Assembly (NCBI GenBank): GCA_054600435.1
Contig: BAAIJX010000012.1
Span: 496,001-548,468 of the forward strand
Source: Neophaeotheca triangularis
Lineage: Eukaryota
Reading direction: 5' to 3'
Length of the DNA: 52,468 nucleotides
Below, piece after piece: positions 22,301-35,710 of this stretch. The notes under the pieces were generated by a model. It had not been told where the DNA came from and searched no databases. It saw only the letters and a list, made by a program, of their open reading frames with translations. Position numbers and translations under genes: made by a program. The number at the start of each line of letters is the position of its first letter. Position 1 is the stretch's first letter.

Positions 22301-23678
22301 GCTTGTTGGTAGGCCTGAATCTGAGCAAGCTGAAGCGCGTTGAGCTGCTGGCCGTTGAACATGTTCTGCTGCGGCATAAGCATCTGGCCTTGGGGAACCT
22401 GCATGAGCGGCTGCTGCTGCTGCTGGTAAGGATTGAAGCCCTGCATGGAGCTCATAGACTGAGCTTGCATCGAGCCGCGCTGACGGTGCCCTGGTTGGAA
22501 GGGCTGGGCGTTCTGGTTCATCGTGAAATTACCCATGTTCTGAGCTTGTTGCTCGTTAATGACAGGCGGCTGCTGGGGCTGCTGCTGGCGCCAGTTGCCC
22601 TCAAAGTTGCGAGAGCTGGTACGGCCGTGACCCTGGCTGCCGCGGCGCTGAATGTCGCTCTGGTTGTTACCGCCAGCGTTCTCGTTTCCTTGGGTTGCTG
22701 GGAACGAGAAACCTGAAGGCCCACCCCTGGTGACTGCGGCCATACCACGACCACCAACAGCCATACTCTGGCTACGGCCATGTCCTCGACCGCCAGCGCC
22801 TCCGCGAGCAGCACTAGCCGGGTTCAGTGTGTCAGAAGTCTGGGTCGTTTGTGCAGGGCTAGCTGCTGAAGTGTTGGTCTGCGAGGGTGAAGCGCCGCCC
22901 GCACCGGGAATAGGAAATTGGAAACCACTAGTCTTCCTCTTCTGTTCCGCGAGCTCGGCAGCCTTCTTCGCCTCCGGCAAAGCGAGCGAGTGTCTGCGCG
23001 CGTGTCCGCCTCCTGCATTGCCGCCCCCACGACCACGAGGAGCGTTGTTCTCCCGGTTTTGCTGCTGCTGCTGCTGCTGCTGTCCACCAGGGTTGAAGCT
23101 GAAATCGCCAAAGGCGGTACCGGAGGAGCCACTCGAAGGTGCTGGAGGTGGGCCACTCATGCCCATGTTGGGCATGGCGGATTGGTTTCGGCGATGGGTA
23201 TTGGCTCCTGCCATTCCACCGGTCATGGGAATGCCGAGATTCTGTTGGCCCATTTGCGGTTGCATAGGCTGCTGCTGCTGCTGGGGAAACTGGAAGGCAT
23301 TCGGGTTGGGGGAGACGTTCAGGTTCTGCATCTGGTTTTGCATCTGCTGAAATTGGTTAGGCGGAAGCTGCTGCTGCTGCGGGATCATGCCAAGATTGAC
23401 ATATTGCTGATGTGTGGCAGCGATTTGCTGTTGCTGCTGCTGGAGCATTTCGATTTGCTGGGCAAGAGCAAGTTGCTCCACTGTAGAGTTGTTGGTCAGT
23501 ATTTGCCGTATGGCGGTATGTGTAGACTTCACTGCGGGAAGGCGAAGGTGTATGACTTACTCATGAGAGGTGTCATCTCTGAAGGGCTACGGCGGTGGGC
23601 AATGTGCAGACGGCGGCCATTGGGGCCTTGAGCCTGCTGGCCTTGTCCTTGTCCTTGTCCTTGTCCTTGTTGATCCAT
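19324..23678 (-). CDS. SSD1: Ssd1/Gul-1 RNA-binding protein (RNase II/Dis3L2-family pseudonuclease), 3 exons (introns 23481-23560, 19364-19426)
   Basis: True start MDQQGQ...RRLHIAHRRSPSEMTPLM at 23678. Q/N-rich N-terminus with HxRxxS-type sites, KTLFTPYLPQ, CSD region (GSKDRNRALEGD), RNB domain (YTHFTNPSRRYADI) and spliced C-terminus KSPPCLTIRSLNPFAL*. Confidence 0.96.
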
Positions 23679-25575
23679 GATAAAGATTGAGGTGGTAAAT
23701 CTGCTAGGCCTCTATCGTACAGTGCAGAGACTCTTGACTCAAGCGAAGCTGCAGTATGGGTGCCTTTTGACGAGGTGGCAGTACTATGGGCTGAGATGCT
23801 GATGTGACGCAGGAGCTTTTTGAAGCAAGGCGCAAGCCAGGTGATGATCGAGTATCTCGGGGGTGTATGTGTGAATCGAAGTTGGGCCTTGGATGCTCTG
23901 CGATCGAGTCTTGGTGGTATGGGTTGGTTTGGATTGGGTTGCTTCGATGGGGAGTGGATGTCTGATGTAGACGGAGTGCAAGGTTGATTGGCTGGTTGGG
24001 TAAGGATCGGGTCTTTTGGAGGGAAGGAGAGTGTTGCGACGACCAGTTCCAAGACGAGTGAGTGACGACTGGCGACAGTCGGAAAGAACAATTGGAAGGG
24101 AAGGGCGGATGTAGTGAGAAGGAGGGTGATAAGGTGGTAGGAGGTAAGGTAAGAAGGAGGTAAGGTGCAAGTGGTGAAGAAGAACACCGAGCCGGCTGGC
24201 AGTCGAGAGGATCGATGAATACAAGTTGCCAACGGTGACGGGATGGCGGCGGCGGCGGCGGCAGACTGGCTTCAAAGCAAGCCCTAACTAGAGTGGGAGT
24301 GGGAGTAGTGGGATAGAGAGAAGAGAGTGAGAGTGGAGGGTTTCTGTGCTCCGTGCGAACACCCGACTCCAAGCTCCACAGATGACAGACCTCGCTAACT
24401 ACATACTACTAATAGGGTATCGGAGGTATATTGGAATGAGGTAGATTCTCACTCTGATATCACACCCAGTGGCAATGCTACCTAGGTAGTTTTTATCTTC
24501 AGACGCATACGGTATAGTATCTAGCTACTATTATTCCAAACCTCTTTGTCGTCTTTTGGCTACAGACTATGGACTGGCTAAGGGTTGCATCTCACATCGA
24601 TGCCCCTTTGTCTGCACGGCAGCTTTCGAGCAATAGGTAGAGTGTCCACGGCACAAACACCTAATGGTATCTACCATTCTGAAGAGAATACAACGAGGTA
24701 CGTGGCTTGACAGGTTTGGTATCCTCGACGAGCTCGAGCTGTTCCCCTCCAGAAAGCATGGAGTCGAACGAGCGAGCCAACGACGAGCTCGAGCGCAATC
24801 CTTTGTAGCTACGACCTGACCTCCCGTCATACTCATCTTCTCACCATTCATTAACCTACGATTCGAGCTTTCGAGCATGATACGAGGCAGGCGTTTCGAC
24901 GTCAGTCTTGATCGATCGATGCCCGCCTATCCTAACGAAGCTGAGACCTCGATGCGGTCTTTGAGGGAACTTCGCTACAAAGCTGTAACAGCCACTGATG
25001 CTTGCCATTTAAATGCTAGGACGATGATGGCATAGAATGCCGATCTATCATAGAACTTCAAAGTTGAAACCGCTTACAATACACCCGACACCTCTCTCTA
25101 CTGCTGACCATACTTTAGGTTACCTATCATTGTTATTATCGTAGTACCTACAGCACGTGTCGGATGGATGAAGGACAGCACAGCACCGAGTGTAGATAGG
25201 GCTGAGCCGAGAGCGGGCCGAACGCGGAAACGGCATGTGCCGACTCCCCGACGCGCTTCGCGTCAAGCAAGCTCGCAGTGAGGTACCTATCCAGTAACAT
25301 ACCTTAGAATTCAATAATGTTGAAGCTCCACGACCGACTTCACTCGTCGACCACCTAGATGCCCGCGCACTGCTGACCTTCTCCACTGCAATCTTGACCT
25401 GCTCACCTCCCGATTCGTTCATATGGTCATATGCGGTGACACTCATAGCATCAGCTTCGAGGTCAAATAACCGGAACGTCTCGAAATCTTCAATCTTCAC
25501 TATTGGTGAAACACTGAGACAACACCAGCCGCAGCGCATTTCAACCCATTATCTCTGGCTTTTCACAACTCCACA

Positions 25576-27324
25576 ATGAGTTCGCCGTACCGTAGACACG
25601 ACCGCTCGACACCACACCGCTCCAGTCCGGCCACTCACCGCAGAACTCAGCCCAATGGCTACCACGAATCTCCGTCGCGCAACTACACCGAGTCCCCTTC
25701 GGAGCGTCTTGCCCAAGAGCTCACGCATCTCCTCATAGATTCGGACAAGGCATTTGCCTCACAGCTAGATGCACAAGCAAAGGAGCAAGAAGTCCTCCAC
25801 CGCAAAGCTCTCGAGGATGCCAGGGCCAAGCATGAAGCGGTGCGCCGCGGAGCCGAGGAAGCGCATGAACGATACTTGCTCGCTATAGCACAAGAAAAGG
25901 CCAAGAGAGAAGAGGAGGAGCGGGTCGCTTTGCTTGAGGCTAGACGTCAGGCTCACGATCGAGAGCTCGCCAAGAAGCAGTTGGAAGTGCAGCAGGTCAA
26001 GGAGGAGGAGGAGGCACGCAAGCGCCTGGCTGAGGAAGAGTCGAACCTGCAGCGCGAGAAGCAGCGTAGCGAGGAGAACAAGCAGCGCGAGGCGAAAGCG
26101 GCGTCTGAGAGGAAGAGCAAGGATGCGCAAGCTGAGACGGAGCGCAGAGCGAGGGAGGAAGCTGAGGCCAGAGAGAAGGAGAAGCAGGCGCAGCAAGCGA
26201 ACCCGCACCCTTCAATTGAGCGTATTCCTGGGAATGCGGGCACCACAGTAGCACAGACGCAAACGGCTCAAAGCACGCAACAATCATCTCAACAACCACC
26301 TCAGGCAATGCCTCAGCCTGCACAAAGCGTGGACACAGCATCTGCCAAACTCGTGTCTTCCAAAACGGACCGCGACGCAACTCATCAACGCTATCTCGAT
26401 CTTCACCAAAGACTGAAAGGTTTACGTACGGACACCAACGCACAATGCAAGACCATGCCACAGCTCAAAGACCAGAAAGGCCAGTTTCTGCTGTCAGACT
26501 GGCGCCGCAGTATAGCCCAGGCTTGTGGCACGCTCGCCAAAGGCACTCCACAAGCCAACAGCAAAGCAATGCGCAAGACAGTCGACATACTCGAGAACGC
26601 TGCCAAATATGAAGGCCCTATGATCGACATGTCCTCCATCATCATCTCCGCTGACCAACCAGTTGAAGGCCAGGGGTCGGCTATCCTCGTCTTCCTTCTC
26701 AACCACTTTGCCAAGACTATCGTACGCCGCATGATCGAAGAGGCTTCTCGTGATCATGAGATGGCCGAACCCCTTGGCATCATGGTCGTCACTGTCTTCG
26801 CACGCCCAACCCTCGCCTTCCAAGGCCACAGCCTCATTGACCTCCTTTGGGCGAAGTACCACCGCGTCTGCCCGATGCTATTCGGCGTTTGGGGCGACGA
26901 ACGCACCGAAGGCGGCCGGAAGCGTCTAGGCTGGTGGAAAGAGAACAATAAGTACATCACGGCCGAACGCCACTACGACCGCATGTCCGGTCTCGCGATT
27001 GGTTTCGCTGCTATCTCGCTCCGCAACTTCAGCAAGATGCGTACCCAGAACCCTGCCCCCAACCGCATCTACTGGGAATCCTTGGCTCGGCTCACCAACA
27101 CCCCCTCCAACGAGCTACAGCCAAGTCACTTCCACGTCGTCCGCTCCATGCTACGCCAACACGTCCCACGCTTCTTGCAACTGTACGGCAAAGCAGGTCT
27201 AGCAGCCGTCAAGCACGCCCTCTTCACTCTCCCCCAACGCGGCAAAGCCCAGGGCATCGATGCCTCCGGCATACTGGATGCGCAAGCCGCGGTGCTGCGC
27301 CAGGAGCTGCACTTGCCGTTTTAG
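25576..27324 (+). CDS. GLE1: mRNA export factor / nucleoporin Gle1
   Basis: Long charged coiled-coil followed by a GLE1-type helical domain (FLLNHFAKTIVR...AEPLGIMVV...DLLWAKYHRVCPMLFG...YDRMSGLAIGFAAISLRNF...WESLARL). Confidence 0.88.
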   Translation: MSSPYRRHDRSTPHRSSPATHRRTQPNGYHESPSRNYTESPSERLAQELTHLLIDSDKAFASQLDAQAKEQEVLHRKALEDARAKHEAVRRGAEEAHERYLLAIAQEKAKREEEERVALLEARRQAHDRELAKKQLEVQQVKEEEEARKRLAEEESNLQREKQRSEENKQREAKAASERKSKDAQAETERRAREEAEAREKEKQAQQANPHPSIERIPGNAGTTVAQTQTAQSTQQSSQQPPQAMPQPAQSVDTASAKLVSSKTDRDATHQRYLDLHQRLKGLRTDTNAQCKTMPQLKDQKGQFLLSDWRRSIAQACGTLAKGTPQANSKAMRKTVDILENAAKYEGPMIDMSSIIISADQPVEGQGSAILVFLLNHFAKTIVRRMIEEASRDHEMAEPLGIMVVTVFARPTLAFQGHSLIDLLWAKYHRVCPMLFGVWGDERTEGGRKRLGWWKENNKYITAERHYDRMSGLAIGFAAISLRNFSKMRTQNPAPNRIYWESLARLTNTPSNELQPSHFHVVRSMLRQHVPRFLQLYGKAGLAAVKHALFTLPQRGKAQGIDASGILDAQAAVLRQELHLPF

Positions 27325-27348
27325 GAGAACGGCGAGAGTGCCGATAAC

Positions 27349-27930
27349 ATGGTATCTACAGCGTCCCCTGTCGACAGCGTCATGGCAGTACCCTTCCTCA
27401 CTCCCGACAGCAAAGTTAACACTTCTAGTCCTCTGCCGTTGGCATTTGAGAAGAGGGCGTCTGCGAACACTACTACGTCTCCGAAACTACCAAATCTCCC
27501 GCTGCCCGCCCTTCTCAGCGCACCGTCTTCAACCTTCACTCCACCAAAGTTGCGCCCATCCACGACCACGAGCTCCGCAGCCACGAACTTCTCCCCTCAT
27601 AAGCACCCCCTTTCCCCTAAACCACCACAAATCCACGCAACTCCCCATGACACCACAACCACCAAAAGCAACAAAATCAATCTCAACACCACCACAACTC
27701 CTCCCCACAACCCGCCAAACCTACTTACCCAGGCCGAGCGCGTCAACATCAGCTTGGGGTTTGGGAGTACCCCCTACGGTCAGCCGTTGAATCCGTTTTC
27801 GCCTGGGCGACCGCAGGTTCCGATGTTTGGGACAGTTGGCTATCGAGGACAGTCTGGGACTGGGAATGGAGATGGGAAGAATGGGTTCGGGTATCGGAGG
27901 AGTCCTTTAGGGAAGGGGGAAGGGGTTTGA
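27349..27930 (+). CDS. S/T/P-rich ORF in frame with GLE1 (possible readthrough extension, separate small gene or 3' UTR)
   Basis: 193-aa ORF whose ATG is 24 nt after the GLE1 TAG, in the same frame with no intervening stop. Low complexity, no recognisable domain. Confidence 0.3.
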   Translation: MVSTASPVDSVMAVPFLTPDSKVNTSSPLPLAFEKRASANTTTSPKLPNLPLPALLSAPSSTFTPPKLRPSTTTSSAATNFSPHKHPLSPKPPQIHATPHDTTTTKSNKINLNTTTTPPHNPPNLLTQAERVNISLGFGSTPYGQPLNPFSPGRPQVPMFGTVGYRGQSGTGNGDGKNGFGYRRSPLGKGEGV

Positions 27931-28751
27931 GAGTTTGAGATGGGGAATGGCGTACGGGATGTGAAGAATGGGAAATGCGATTAACGAGGATCGAGAGGGA
28001 TCGGGTTGCTGTTTCTTTTCGTTGATCAGTGTGAACTCAGACTCACGCTGTGTGCGCTGACGAGGAGAGGTTTGGGAGATGCCGTATGAGCGCGGGATCG
28101 AAGCTTCTAGCGGAAGAGATTGAGTTTTCCTTTGCTTGATCGTGTGTTGCGAGCACTCTGTAGCGTAGTCCAGCTTGCATCGCGTATGCGCATCACTCGC
28201 TCTATGCACTTCTTCGCGTTGGTGTCAGTGTTGGTGGTTTGCGCGCGTAGTGTTGCTGGTTTGCATCCAGCTATCTCTTTCCAATTCATCTTCGTCTCGG
28301 CAGATGATGCTACTTCTGTGCTATATACTGACAGGTCGACGCAGATGCCAATGCTGTACATTAAGCGGTGGTCGATTGGATCGATTTAAAATTGGTTCAT
28401 TATGAGATTGCGAGCGATGTTGCAACAGTAGTGTGTCTGGTGCGAAGCTGGCGACCACGTTTGAGACACTCGATCGATTGTTGCTCCGCCGACAGCACTG
28501 TTTGGGCTTCGCTGGCGGCTGGCCAGGCTTCCATCTTCAAACGATGAGAATACCTACGAAGCACCATTAATACGCTACTATTATTGAGCAGCACCCTTGA
28601 CATAACGAAAACCATTTCTATTCCTCTGTCCTTACAGCTGCACTGCTTTGTCCGACCTTCCTTTCCCCGTAGCATTCCACCCATCACCCAAGCAACAGCC
28701 AAAACAGACGTCACTCCATCGCCAGTTACAAAAGCGACAACGACAGTAGCA

Positions 28752-31620
28752 ATGCTAGGAAGCAGGGACAGAGATAAAGGTCGCCCTCCTCCGCCGAGTC
28801 CAACATACATGACCGAGGAGCAAATGGGTCAGGCATCCCACATGTCTCTTAATTCCTCTTCATTCTTTCCTCCACAACCCCAGTCCCAACCGCGACCCTC
28901 ATCGCAACACGCGCACTCGCCCTCCAAAGCTTCCAGACTCCGCGATGCCGCAACGCCGACCACACCTCAAGACCAAGACTTACCCTCCAGCCCCACAGCC
29001 TCCTACCTCCAGAACCTCCGCTCCACGCCCCGTCTAAACCATAAACCCAGCGGTTCAAGGCCCCCACCGCCTAGCAAGTTCGCGAGCCTAAGACGCACCG
29101 AGACAGAAGTTGTCGCCAGCAAGAGCGAAAGCATACCCGAAGAGCGACCAGGACTAGCTACCAGTAATAGCGCGCCCGTGGTGCCCGCGCAACGATCCCT
29201 ATTCTCAAGGCCTTCCTCCTCTAACCTTGCTGCTTCAAGGAGTCCTTTCGCCGGACGCCCTGCCGTGCCGCAACCGGCACGCTTGTCGGAAGATGGAAGC
29301 GAGAAGCCGTCGGCTGGTAGGTCCAGACCGAACAGTGCCGTGTACATGGAGAATGGCCGGCGGTGGATGGAGAAGCAGGAGGCGAGTTCTGTGAGGCAGG
29401 CGATGCAGGATATGGATCTCGAGGAGGAGCGGAAAGTGCATTCTTCTGCGCAGGATGAGGCGGCGGAGTTGGTCTATAAGCATCAGAACCCTGGGGCTGT
29501 CTTCAAGGCTCCGGAGGCTGCGTATCGGAATCCGGAGGCGGCTGTTGCGCCCGCGAGAGACTATCGGCAGCATCTGAGCAGGGGGAGTTATGAGCGGAGT
29601 CATAGTCGAGAGGTGGTGCCGAAGCTTGAGAGGGCGAGTACCGATGAAGGGGGGAGTAAGCGTGCGTCGATTGGGATGGAGAAGCGGTCGAGTTTGGACA
29701 CAGGGCGTGAGGTGAGCCCACCGCCTACGGCTCTCTCGAATCAGAAGAAACGAACGCCTTCTGGGAAGAGCTACGGCGGGCTCGCGGAAGCGGTAGCCTC
29801 GGACGTTGCGAATGCTAGGAGAAGGACGAGCAGCGGCGGTAAAAGACTACCCAGTGCTGGAAAGAAGGTCTTCATGCACCCTAACGACCACATCTACGAA
29901 GACCCGGAAGAGCGCATCGCACAGCCCGAGCCGGAACCCGCGCCAGCGCCTGTCCCGGTGCCTGCACATGTTCGCAAGAACCCTTTTGCTCGAGTGCGGA
30001 TGCAGCAGGAGAGGCTCGAGCGCGCTAACTCGGCGCCCGTGATCAGTTCTGTCGCGAAGCATGACAGCATAGAGATACAGCGGAACCCGCCGACGCAGAG
30101 CAGGAAGGCTTGGTACACGGCCAACGAGCCACTACCTCCCACGCCGCCTTCGAGGGAGGTTGCCGAGGATGAGGTGGAGCCCAAGACGACGCCGACGAAA
30201 GATGGGAGGGAGATTAGGTCTGATGACCTGCGAGCAGCGACGAGCAAGCAGCGGAAAGATTTCAGTCCTAAGCTGCCGAGACCTACGTACGTGAGCGATG
30301 CGCCTGGGAGGCCTATTGTCAGTTTCAAGCCGGATTGGCAGCCGAGGGAGATTGTGATGGAGGAGATGCACACGACGCCTGCCAGTAGTCCTGAGCCGGT
30401 CAAGGGTGGGAGTGGGAGGGGAACGCCTACGAACTCGCCCTTTGCTAGGCAGAATATTCCTAGATTCGAGCCTCCTAAGCCCGCTGCCGCGAGTTCTGGA
30501 CCCATGCCCCCGATACCTACGATTTGCTTACCCGATGAGCCCGAGTCTCCGTCTAGGAAGCTTGACGAGGAGCCCGAAGTGCAAACTCCCGGGTTTCAAT
30601 CCGTGGTGCAACCCCCAAAGTTCTCAGCACCGTCACCAGACCGCCCGTCACCGCATCGCTCCCGCTCCGCCCAGCCGCCTCCAATCAACACCGTCAACTT
30701 CAACTCGCCAAAACCCACCCGAAATCTCCCGCAACCACCAGAACAAAACCCCAAACCCCGACGCCCTCTTCCTACCCCGACTCCCCACCACGCAGCCACC
30801 TCCCCTCTCCCCAAATCCACCCCCCACTTTACCCCCATAGCCCGCCCATCCGGCGCCGTCTGTGCCTCCTGCGCCCTCCCTATCGCCGGCCGCGTCCTCA
30901 GCGCAGCCGGCGAGCGCTTCCACCCGGCCTGCTTCAAATGTCACGAATGTGAGACAAACCTCGAACTCGTCGCCTTTTACCCGGAACCGCAAAAGCAACG
31001 GACCGAACGGCTCGAACGCATCCACGCACGCCAAACCTGTACCGACATCCCGATCCCCGACAACAAGACGGCCGAAGACGTGCTAGCGATGGAGAGCACC
31101 GACGGCCTCGACTCAACCCTCCGCTTCTACTGCCACCTCGACTTCCACGAACTCTTCAGCCCGCGCTGCAAATCGTGCAAAACCCCCATCGAGGGCGAGG
31201 TGATTGTCGCGTGCGGCGCGGAATGGCACCAAGGCCACTTTTTCTGCGCCCAGTGCGGGGATCCTTTCGATTCGTCCACGCCGTTTGTCGAGAAAGATCA
31301 GTATGCTTGGTGTGTAGGGTGTCATACCAATCGGTATAGTAGTAAGTGTAGGAAGTGCAAGAAGCCTGTCACGGATGTGGTCGTCAAGGCGCTCGGGAGT
31401 GATTGGCACGGGGGGTGTTTTTGTTGTTTGGTGAGTTTTCTCTAATCCCTTTTATCTGTTTCTTCCCCCGGGGGTATGTGTCGGGTGTTGCTGGAATTAT
31501 AACTGACTATTTTTTTGGCAGGAATGTAATGGGGAGTTTGAGGATGGCAGGTATTTTTTGAGAGGCGAGAGTCAGGATCCGGTTTGTGTCAAGTGTGAGG
31601 AGAGGAGGTTGAAGGCTTGA
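28752..31620 (+). CDS. Proline-rich protein with three C-terminal LIM domains (paxillin-like); intron 31431-31521 and probable intron 28828-28998
   Basis: CASCALPI...FHPACFKCHEC...YCHLDF; CKSCKTPI...WHQGHFFCAQC...CVGCH; CRKCKKPV...WHGGCFCCL/ECNGEFEDGRYF...VCVKCEERRLKA*, the last LIM completed by the terminal exon. Confidence 0.9.
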
Positions 31621-32327
31621 GAGTGATGGGTTGGTTGCTCCTTACATGAGATCCTTTAGATACCTTACCTAGCTGAGCGGACTGGGACGGACGGGCTGTG
31701 AGGGAGTGTAGCTTTTACTACCTGACTGCGAAGATGTGCTTTTGCATAGCGTGGCATGGGGAGGTGTAATCGTACGAAGGATGCTTTGAAGCGTGCACGG
31801 TGGTGTATTCTGTGGTAGCAGTCTCGTGGATGGCTTGGATGGCAATCTCAACTAATTGAACCCGCTTACTGCGTTTTGATCTGTTTCTCGCGTGATGGAA
31901 CCTTGAGGTCGACCTCGCCTGGTTCGGTGTGGTAGGTGATGCTGATTATGTCGACCAATCACGTGACCAAACAAAGACCAGTCCCTATTGAGCCCCGTGA
32001 ACATCGCAGCAAGGTCGGTCCCAATTCACCTACCAAGTTACAATGTCAGTTACTCCCACCACCGCGGATGAGAAGTGAAGTTTGACGTTGCAATCTGGCG
32101 GCTTCCTCAATTGATACACGCGTATGGTCACGTGCCGTCATCCGCTAGGCGATAACGGGCTCGTAAGCGGTCGCGAACGGCGAGCGACTTGGCATCCGCC
32201 GGCGACACCTGTCGACCCCGAAAGTTGTGTGCTTCACCGTCGCCCGGACATTGCCCCAAACAAACGACTCAATCACCCAAACCCACAGCCATCTCCAGAC
32301 ACCGACTCGGGTGCACATACGGTTCAG

Positions 32328-32558
32328 GTGAGTCTTTGCGTATCCATTGTGGCATTGCGATGGCCGCGGTCGCTCGTTCGAGGGGGTTTCGGTTAGGCTG
32401 CGCTCAACGTTGGACGAGCGAACCGGCAGCGACGGCGTCGACGGCACATCTCACTGCCAGGCAGCAAGGACAGACTCGCGAGCACACATCACGAGGACAC
32501 CTTACCTACCAGTGAAGTCGGCCAGCGATCGCTAACCAACGCAATCCCACGATTATAG
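32328..32558 (+). other. Probable 5' UTR intron of ARF1
   Basis: CAG|GTGAGT donor at 32328, GCTAAC branch point and ATAG acceptor at 32558, 81 nt before the ARF1 ATG. Confidence 0.65.
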
Positions 32559-32561
32559 TAA

Positions 32562-33355
<794 letters not shown>

Positions 33356-34894
33356 GCATTGCGCTTACACACCCTCAAACCCGACAACCAGCACGAAGTC
33401 GTTCAATCCTCTAGCCATCCGATCACCGACTCTTTCCCACACCGACTGCACGTGCTCGCGACCGCGACAAACCGACTCGAACAAACAAACCGCGACAACA
33501 TCCTACAGACTGCTGCTACTGCTACTTTGACGACAAAAGCCAAGCGTAACGGGAAGAAATTGACGAACAAGGAGGAAGAAGTGGTGGAGGATGAAGTGGA
33601 CGAGAAAGAAGGTGTTGTTGTGGAGCCTCTTTTTCCTCTTGCGACTGGAGCTTTAGCCCTGGGTGTTGCTTGTGCTGGCTGCGGTGCTGGAGCATTACGG
33701 CGGGGCTTTTGTAGTTCTAGGGACAGCAACATCACTCTTCTTTCATATAGCGTACTGCGTCTGTGTCTCTCTTGATGTGTGGCGTGAAGTTTACCTTGCG
33801 TTCTCAATGTAACATGTGCACCTTCTTTTTTCGACGGTGCTATCCAGCTGCTTTCGTTGTATCTGTTCTGTACATGTGCTGCATTGACCGGACTTGGTGG
33901 TAGTAGGTAGTATGACACGGTAGAGTATACTATCTGGAGAGGCACCTAGTGCTCCATTTGAGGAATAACCCATAAATCAGAAGTACACGTGCGTGACAGG
34001 CACGGCACTCGAGGCGCAACATCTCCAGGCTGAAAACCCAACAACGAAAAAACTCATCCCACCACTGAATAACCTCCAGCGTCCACCTCGCATAACTACC
34101 TCTCCAGCAACCATGGCCTGATTCCCCAGCCCACGACAGCACTGATGAGACAGCAAGCAAAGCCAGCAAAGCCAAAAACAGAAATGTAGCGCCCATCCCA
34201 CAACCCCGAGCCACCGAGAAGAAGTTATTCGCGATTGGTAGGAAAGACGGGCACTTGTGTGAAGATTTTTCTACAAGGCCGGGAACGGAGGGAAACACAC
34301 TGCGGTTTGTATAGCCCTCAGCAAGTCGCACGGTGGCGAAGCCATGATGGTAATTAATACGATAGTATTAGTTACTCTACTGATGGGGGAGAGAAGGGAA
34401 GGAAGTTTTGCAGAGGGATCGGGTTTGCGTTTTATGGTCGGCGCTGGTCGGTGCGGTGGTCTGGGCGCTGGCTGGTGGCGGGCTTGGTTCGGGTGATTAT
34501 CTGATTTGGAGTTGAGGGGAGGGTGAGGGTTTGAGTTGGCTTTGGATGTCACGTCTTTGTCAATGGTCCACTGTTGGGTTGATAGGTCGGTTTTGCTCGC
34601 TTGTCAGGGGTCTTGGTATGTTTTGGAAACTATAGAGGATTTGTGAGGGGTTCTTCGAAGTGCAGCCAGTGTCGATGCGATCGAACTGTAGCATGCAAGC
34701 TCCATGCAGAGAGCTGTAAAGGCACCCGCATCTGAGCTTTACCTCATTCACTGCAGACTACATCAACTTCCTCGTCGATACCATCTACAAATAAAACAGG
34801 CAACCCTCCTAGTTCCCTGACCACCACTCTCAACCAATAGTCCGGCAACATTCTCCCCAAGCACAACACAACCACCCCCCCACCAACCCAAACC

Positions 34895-35710
34895 ATGCCC
34901 GCCTCCTCCCTCTGGCTCCTACCCCCGCAAAACCACCCTCTAAACACCGCCCTCCAAACCCTCATCACCACCCTCCCCACCACCAGTTTCAAACCCATAG
35001 CCGTCGCCAACCACCCCTTCAAAACCTTCATCCCGCACATAACCGTAACCTCAGACACCACACCGTCGACCTCGGAACCGCAAACCTGGCTCGATGGCCT
35101 CCAGCTCCCCTACAGTACGGGAGAGTTGAAAGTGCGGTTGCAAAGGCCGGAAGCGGGAAGTGTGTTTTTTCGAAAACTGACGATCAAGGTAGAGAAGAAT
35201 GAAGGGGTCGGAGAGTTGGCGGCGGCTTGTCGGGAGCAGGGGACTGGGTGTTTGAGGGAAGAGGCGAGGGAGTGGGTTGAGAAGAGCTATGGGCCGCATT
35301 TGAGTTTGGGGTAGTGAGTCTTATATCCCCCTTCTCTTGTTTCTCATCGCTGTCTTGTATATGTGCTTGGAAGACTTCTATCTCAAGGGCTTGGCGTTAC
35401 GCTGGCCAATTCGGTCGTCAAATGCGTGGTTGGTTTGCTCAATGCGTTTGCTCAATGGGGGCGAGCTTCCTTCTGACTGTTCTCTCCCAGCTCCGACCTC
35501 CCCACTCAAAGCGTCGAGAAAGCCCTGCCGGAGATCGAGAACCAGATCGAGCTTGCCAAAAGCAAGCACCCAGGCTGCGAGACGGCCAAGGGAGGCTGGT
35601 TGGTGCTCGTACCGACTCACAAGCCTGTCGAGGAGTGGACGCCGGTAGCTTGGAGGGAGCTGCCGGGGGTGCAGTGGGAGTGGCATATTTGCGATTATGA
35701 TCTGCTTTGA
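34895..35710 (+). CDS. CPD1: 2',3'-cyclic-nucleotide 3'-phosphodiesterase (2H phosphoesterase), 2 exons (intron 35314-35490)
   Basis: N-terminal SSLWLLPP, two HxT/S motifs (FIPHITV, YGPHLSL), spliced GY/SDLP and C-terminal LVPTHKPVEEW. The TAG shown in the ORF track straddles the TA|GTGAGT donor. Confidence 0.85.

Noticed and set aside
23573..24372. Three overlapping long ORFs upstream of SSD1
   Set aside because: C/T-rich leader sequence with few stops and TTG starts. The real SSD1 ATG is at 23678.
31955..31968. CCAAT overlapping TCACGTGA upstream of ARF1
   Set aside because: A plausible factor-binding site, but short and common, so it cannot be supported from sequence alone.
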